64,000 nucleotides of DNA from Alphaproteobacteria bacterium (GTDB taxonomy: Bacteria; Pseudomonadota; Alphaproteobacteria; SP197). This document shows, piece by piece, positions 59,960-64,000 of this stretch (position 1 is its first letter; every line of letters begins with the position of its first letter). A model generated the notes under the pieces. That model was given only the letters and a program-made list of their open reading frames with translations, ran no database searches and was not told the origin of the DNA. Position numbers and translations under genes: made by a program. Where the stretch lies: assembly GCA_965228895.1 (NCBI GenBank), contig OZ245842.1:5248001-5312000 (forward strand). Direction: 5' to 3'.

Positions 59960-61363
59960 TTACTCGGCCGCTTCGGCGCCCGCTTCGCTCATCAGGCGTT
60001 CGGCCAGCGCCTTCTTCTGACCGGCGTCCATCTTCTTGACTTCGTTGTCGATGGCGCGCTCGTTGATCGCCTGGTTCCAGTAGTCCAGCGAGTCGAAGCC
60101 CAGCAACGCGTACTTACCGACAAACTGACGCAAGACTTCGTTGGTCGGGCCCATGACCCAGCCGGCCTTGCCGTCACGCAGCAGCCGCTCCATGCCGAGC
60201 GAGGCCTTGTAGGCCGAACCGCCGCAGGCATGCAGCATCTTGTCGGAGACCTCGTGCACGTTCTTGGCCGCCTGGAACTTGATCTGCCACATCCAAGGCA
60301 GTAGCTCGGAGCGCGGCAGGGCGGCAATGTCCTTGTGGATCGACCAATCACAGTTGTTGGTCACATCGTCCAGCGCGCGGGCCATGCTGTAGACGAACAT
60401 GCGGCTGGCATTGGTGCTGATGATGGCTTCGCCGACATAGTCCTGAATGGTCGGGTAGTCGCACACGCGCAGGCCGACGTCGACGTGTTTCTTGCGGGTC
60501 GTGTGCTGCTTGGCCAGATCGATCATCGCCATGGAAATGCCGTTCCAGGCGCATGACGAATTGATCAGGAAGAACGGATCGACGGACTCATCGTTAGAAG
60601 CCGCGCCGTCACCGCGGGGTCCGACCATGCGGTCGGCCGGAATCTCCAGGTTGTCGACCAGAAGCGTGCCCGACTGGTTGCCGCGCAGGCCCATGCCGTC
60701 CCACTTCGCCGGCTCGGCCTTCACCTCGTCGGCCATGCACAGGAAGACCGAGAGATCCGAATAGTCGCCGTTAAAGTCCGGGCTGGTCGTCTGCATGATG
60801 TACCAGTCGGCGAAGCCGCCGGAGGTGCACCACGAGGCTTTCTTCAAGACCTTCCAGCCGTTCTCCGTCTTCTCGGCGTTCGACGAGACGGGATACCAGA
60901 AATGCGAGCCGGTCTCCGGATCGGAATACGACAGCGTGCCGATCATGACGTCCTTGTCGACGCGGCTTAAGATGTCGCGCAGCGTATCGTTGTCGTGATG
61001 GCGCAGTGCCGCCGCGGCGACGGCGCCGTAGTGCATGGTCAAGCACATGGCCGTCGAAGGACAGCCGTAACGCGCGACGGCCTCACAGACCATGGCCATG
61101 GTGACGTGGTTCTGACCCATGCCGCCCAGTTCCTTCGGCACCGTCAGGCCGAGCACACCGAGCGAGGCAAGCGCCTCGAAGTTCTTGCGCGGGAAAACAA
61201 AACCCTGATCGGATTCGACGGCGTTTTCGCGCAAGGTCGACGCGCTGAGCGCGATGATTTTTTCCTGAAGTTCCTTCTGTTCGTCGTCGAACAGAAACTG
61301 CGGATCGAATTCATAGCCGAGGCCCTGGAATTCCTCCGAGCCCCACATTTTGGTATCGCTCAT
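59960..61363 (-). CDS. Acyl-CoA dehydrogenase family protein
   Basis: VPKELGGMG, GMGLRGNQSG, GGSAY, MERLLRD. Confidence 0.9.
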   Translation of the reverse strand: MSDTKMWGSEEFQGLGYEFDPQFLFDDEQKELQEKIIALSASTLRENAVESDQGFVFPRKNFEALASLGVLGLTVPKELGGMGQNHVTMAMVCEAVARYGCPSTAMCLTMHYGAVAAAALRHHDNDTLRDILSRVDKDVMIGTLSYSDPETGSHFWYPVSSNAEKTENGWKVLKKASWCTSGGFADWYIMQTTSPDFNGDYSDLSVFLCMADEVKAEPAKWDGMGLRGNQSGTLLVDNLEIPADRMVGPRGDGAASNDESVDPFFLINSSCAWNGISMAMIDLAKQHTTRKKHVDVGLRVCDYPTIQDYVGEAIISTNASRMFVYSMARALDDVTNNCDWSIHKDIAALPRSELLPWMWQIKFQAAKNVHEVSDKMLHACGGSAYKASLGMERLLRDGKAGWVMGPTNEVLRQFVGKYALLGFDSLDYWNQAINERAIDNEVKKMDAGQKKALAERLMSEAGAEAAE

Positions 61364-61779
61364 TTGTCCCACCCCGATGTTCGTGGCAACCACCCTTTTG
61401 GCCTCGCTTGACGAGGCCTTACTCCCTGCATAGCACCGCATCGGCGAAGCGTGCAACTTGCGCCGCCGCGGTCAAAACGGTTAGACCAATTCGATACCAA
61501 TTGTGCGCTGCGGCATGCCAATTCGAACGCCTTGCGAATCAAATGTTTGACCGCTTCACGTCCCCGCTGGCGCCTGCATTGGCGGCGGGACGTCGCCCAA
61601 TCGGGGACCTGCCATCGCAATAGGTTCGATTTCCCGAACGGCGCTGCCGGAGTCGCTACCGCCAATTGGTTGGGGTCTGACGGACCCGGCGCAGTTGCAA
61701 AGTCGGAATCGCCAACCAATCAATCTCCTGCCTATAATGACGGCGCTTGGCTTCATGACATCTGGGGAGACACGTGAAA

Positions 61780-63069
61780 ATGGCCATGAGACATTTGAAC
61801 CGACGTCACTTTCTGGGCACGTCGGCCGCCGTCGGCGCCTCGGCGCTGACCGGTCTGGGCCGTCCCGGCAAGGCGAACGCGGACAACGATACAATCAAGA
61901 TCGGTTTTCTGGCGCCGTTGACCGGCGATGTCGCGGCCTGGGGGCTGCCCGGCCTCTATGGTTGCGAGATCTGGGCCGACAACCACAACACCATGGGCGG
62001 CGTCGAGATCGGCGGCACGATGTACAACATCGAGATGGTGTCCTACGACAACGAGTATCTGCCCGATAAGGCGAAGACGGGCGCCACCAAGCTGATCAAG
62101 GAAGACGGCGTCAAGTTCATCCAGATGCTGGGCGGCGATACCTGGCCGGCGGTGCAGCCGATCGCCAACCGCGAGAAGATGCTGGTGTCGACGCTTCTGC
62201 CGTCGGATCTGTCGCCCGACACGCCTTATCTGGTCGCGCCCGCCGAGGTGCATCCGATCTATAACGTGACCGGCGTCTGGTGGATGGCCGAGAACATGCC
62301 GGATGCGAAAACGGCGGTCATCTGCGCCCAGGACGATGCGCTGGGCCGGCCTTCGGTCGCGACCTATCAGGCGGCGTTCGCGGCGCACGACATCGCGGTC
62401 AACGACACCATCTTCTTCGACATCTCGACCACCGACTTCGCGCCGGTCATGACGTCGATGCTGGCGTCGAACCCGGACGTGCTGTGCCTGGATACGGCCT
62501 ATGCCGAATACGTCAACGAGCTCTGCAAGCAAGCCTATGAGCAGGGTTACAAGGGCCAGATCATATCCTGCACGGCGGATTTCTACGCCGACATCATCGC
62601 CAACACGTCGGAAGAATTCATGGAAGGCATGATCTTCCAGTTCCCGGACTTTGACGATCCCGCGCTCAACGATCCGCGCATCAACTTCGGCGATCCAAAC
62701 GGCTTCTTCACGACCTATAACGAAAAACACCCCGGTGAATGGGGTGCGGTGTCGTGGGAGTACGCCTCGATCCTGGATCTCTGGCTCTCCGGTGCGCAGA
62801 AGGCGGGCAGCCCGGAACCGGAAGACGTGCTGGCCGGCATGAAGGACGGCGGCATCGGCGCCCATGCCTTCGGCGAAGCCAACTGGTGGGGCGAAGAGCT
62901 GTTCGGCATCGACAACGCGCTTGTCGGCAACTGGCCGGTGGTGCAGATCCAGAACGGCAAGGCCGTGATCGTGGAGTTCAAGAGCATTCCCGAGTGGTGG
63001 GACAAGCACAAGGACGTCACGATCGAGAAGTTCGAGGCACTCGGCGAGATGTGGTACCAGCGCTCCTAA
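61780..63069 (+). CDS. Branched-chain-type ABC substrate-binding protein, Tat-exported
   Basis: NRRHFL Tat motif; IKIGFLAPLTG. Confidence 0.9.
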   Translation: MAMRHLNRRHFLGTSAAVGASALTGLGRPGKANADNDTIKIGFLAPLTGDVAAWGLPGLYGCEIWADNHNTMGGVEIGGTMYNIEMVSYDNEYLPDKAKTGATKLIKEDGVKFIQMLGGDTWPAVQPIANREKMLVSTLLPSDLSPDTPYLVAPAEVHPIYNVTGVWWMAENMPDAKTAVICAQDDALGRPSVATYQAAFAAHDIAVNDTIFFDISTTDFAPVMTSMLASNPDVLCLDTAYAEYVNELCKQAYEQGYKGQIISCTADFYADIIANTSEEFMEGMIFQFPDFDDPALNDPRINFGDPNGFFTTYNEKHPGEWGAVSWEYASILDLWLSGAQKAGSPEPEDVLAGMKDGGIGAHAFGEANWWGEELFGIDNALVGNWPVVQIQNGKAVIVEFKSIPEWWDKHKDVTIEKFEALGEMWYQRS

Positions 63070-63122
63070 GCGCGCCGGCACCGACCTTGCGCAAGGTGAC
63101 CTTGTGTAACTTTTGAACGACG

Positions 63123-63153
63123 AACCCTCCTCCGGTTTTTCGGGGGAGGGTTT
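63123..63153 (+). terminator. Stem-loop after the substrate-binding protein gene
   Basis: AACCCTCC...GGAGGGTT followed by a T-rich stretch. Confidence 0.65.
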
Positions 63154-63198
63154 GTTGTTATCGAACCAACACTTTATGCCGGACTATTGTGAAGCCCC

Positions 63199-64000
63199 AT
63201 GATTGATGGCGCGCTTTTGCTTCAGACATGTCTCAACGCGATCTACGCGGCGAGTTACCTGTCGCTGATCGCGGTCGGCCTGGTGCTGATCTTCGGCGTC
63301 ATGCGCGTCATCAACTTCGCCCACGGCGAACTCTACATGGTCGGCGCGTACGCGCTGTTCTGGGTGTTCTCGCAAAACGAATTGCCGTTTTTCCTGGGCG
63401 TCGCCGTGGCGATTGTCGGCGTTGGCCTGATCGGGCTGATCATGGAGCGCGCGCTGTTTCGTCCCATGCGCGACAACCCGTTGGGCGGCCTCATCATGTC
63501 GATCGGCGTGTTGTTGATGTTGCAGGCGCTTGCCGTGCAAGCCTTCGGTGTCCGCAAAAAATCGATCCCCGGTCCCTATCACGGCAGCATCGAGCTGTTC
63601 GGTATAGAGGGTCTGACGATCTCGGCCCAGCGACTGGTTGTCATTATCTTTGCCGTCGTGATCTTGAGCGCGCTTTGGCTGTTCCTGAAGCGCAGCAAGC
63701 TCGGTTGGGCGTTGCGCGCTGTGGCCCAAGACCGCGAAGCCGCGTCGCTGCAGGGCATCTCCATCGGCAAGATATCCATGCTCGCCATGGTGCTGGGCGC
63801 GGCCCTGGCCGGCGCCGCCGGCGCGTTGACCGCGACCATCGTGCCGACCGGACCCTATATGGGGCATTCGGTGATCATCGCCGCCTTCATCGTCATCATC
63901 GTCGGCGGTATCGGCAGTCTGGAAGGCGCGGTGGTCGCGTCGATCCTCTATGCCTTCGTCAGCACCTTCGTCACCACCTTCGCCGACGGCGTGATCGCCG
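63199..64000 (+). CDS. LivH-like ABC permease (partial)
   Basis: LIAVGLVLIFGVMRVINFAHGE, GGIGSL; runs off the window. Confidence 0.92.
   Translation, partial: MIDGALLLQTCLNAIYAASYLSLIAVGLVLIFGVMRVINFAHGELYMVGAYALFWVFSQNELPFFLGVAVAIVGVGLIGLIMERALFRPMRDNPLGGLIMSIGVLLMLQALAVQAFGVRKKSIPGPYHGSIELFGIEGLTISAQRLVVIIFAVVILSALWLFLKRSKLGWALRAVAQDREAASLQGISIGKISMLAMVLGAALAGAAGALTATIVPTGPYMGHSVIIAAFIVIIVGGIGSLEGAVVASILYAFVSTFVTTFADGVIA

Noticed and set aside
61500-61525. Sigma-54 promoter for the ACAD gene (TTGGCATG...)
   Set aside because: The GG-N10-GC spacing is not satisfied.
15823-63081. Many long antisense ORFs (e.g. 15823-17292, 28952-30208, 50215-51609, 61753-63081)
   Set aside because: These are shadow frames of well-supported genes in GC-rich DNA, with no recognisable motifs.

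Overview
This is GC-rich alphaproteobacterial (Rhodospirillales-like) chromosomal DNA. Positions 1-11836 are the right part of an integrated phage-satellite-like element that runs off the left edge. All its genes are on the minus strand: tyrosine integrase, AlpA, a ParB-Dam methyltransferase fusion, an AAA_25 helicase, an iteron/palindrome origin candidate, a TerS-like gene, three tandem divergent paralogous small proteins, two podovirus-type DNA-ejection-like proteins and a scaffold-like gene. It is bounded by the 3' half of a tRNA-Thr(CGT). A second, degenerate copy of the same tRNA 3' end at about 14139-14187 delimits an older 2.3-kb relic islet with an MpaB/Lcp-like oxygenase. The rest is mostly core genome: fcl/gmd, gmhB/gmhA/hldD, glpK, cytochromes c and c', a split sulfate-assimilation cluster, a complete Tad/Cpa pilus locus, a GltD/NfnB-NfnA-like fusion, TMAO demethylase, ALDH, ACAD and an ABC transporter. 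The Tad locus has a tandem-duplicated CpaB, an apparent ATA start for cpaE and shared CRP-like boxes. All product calls come from motif recognition by eye; no database searches were run.
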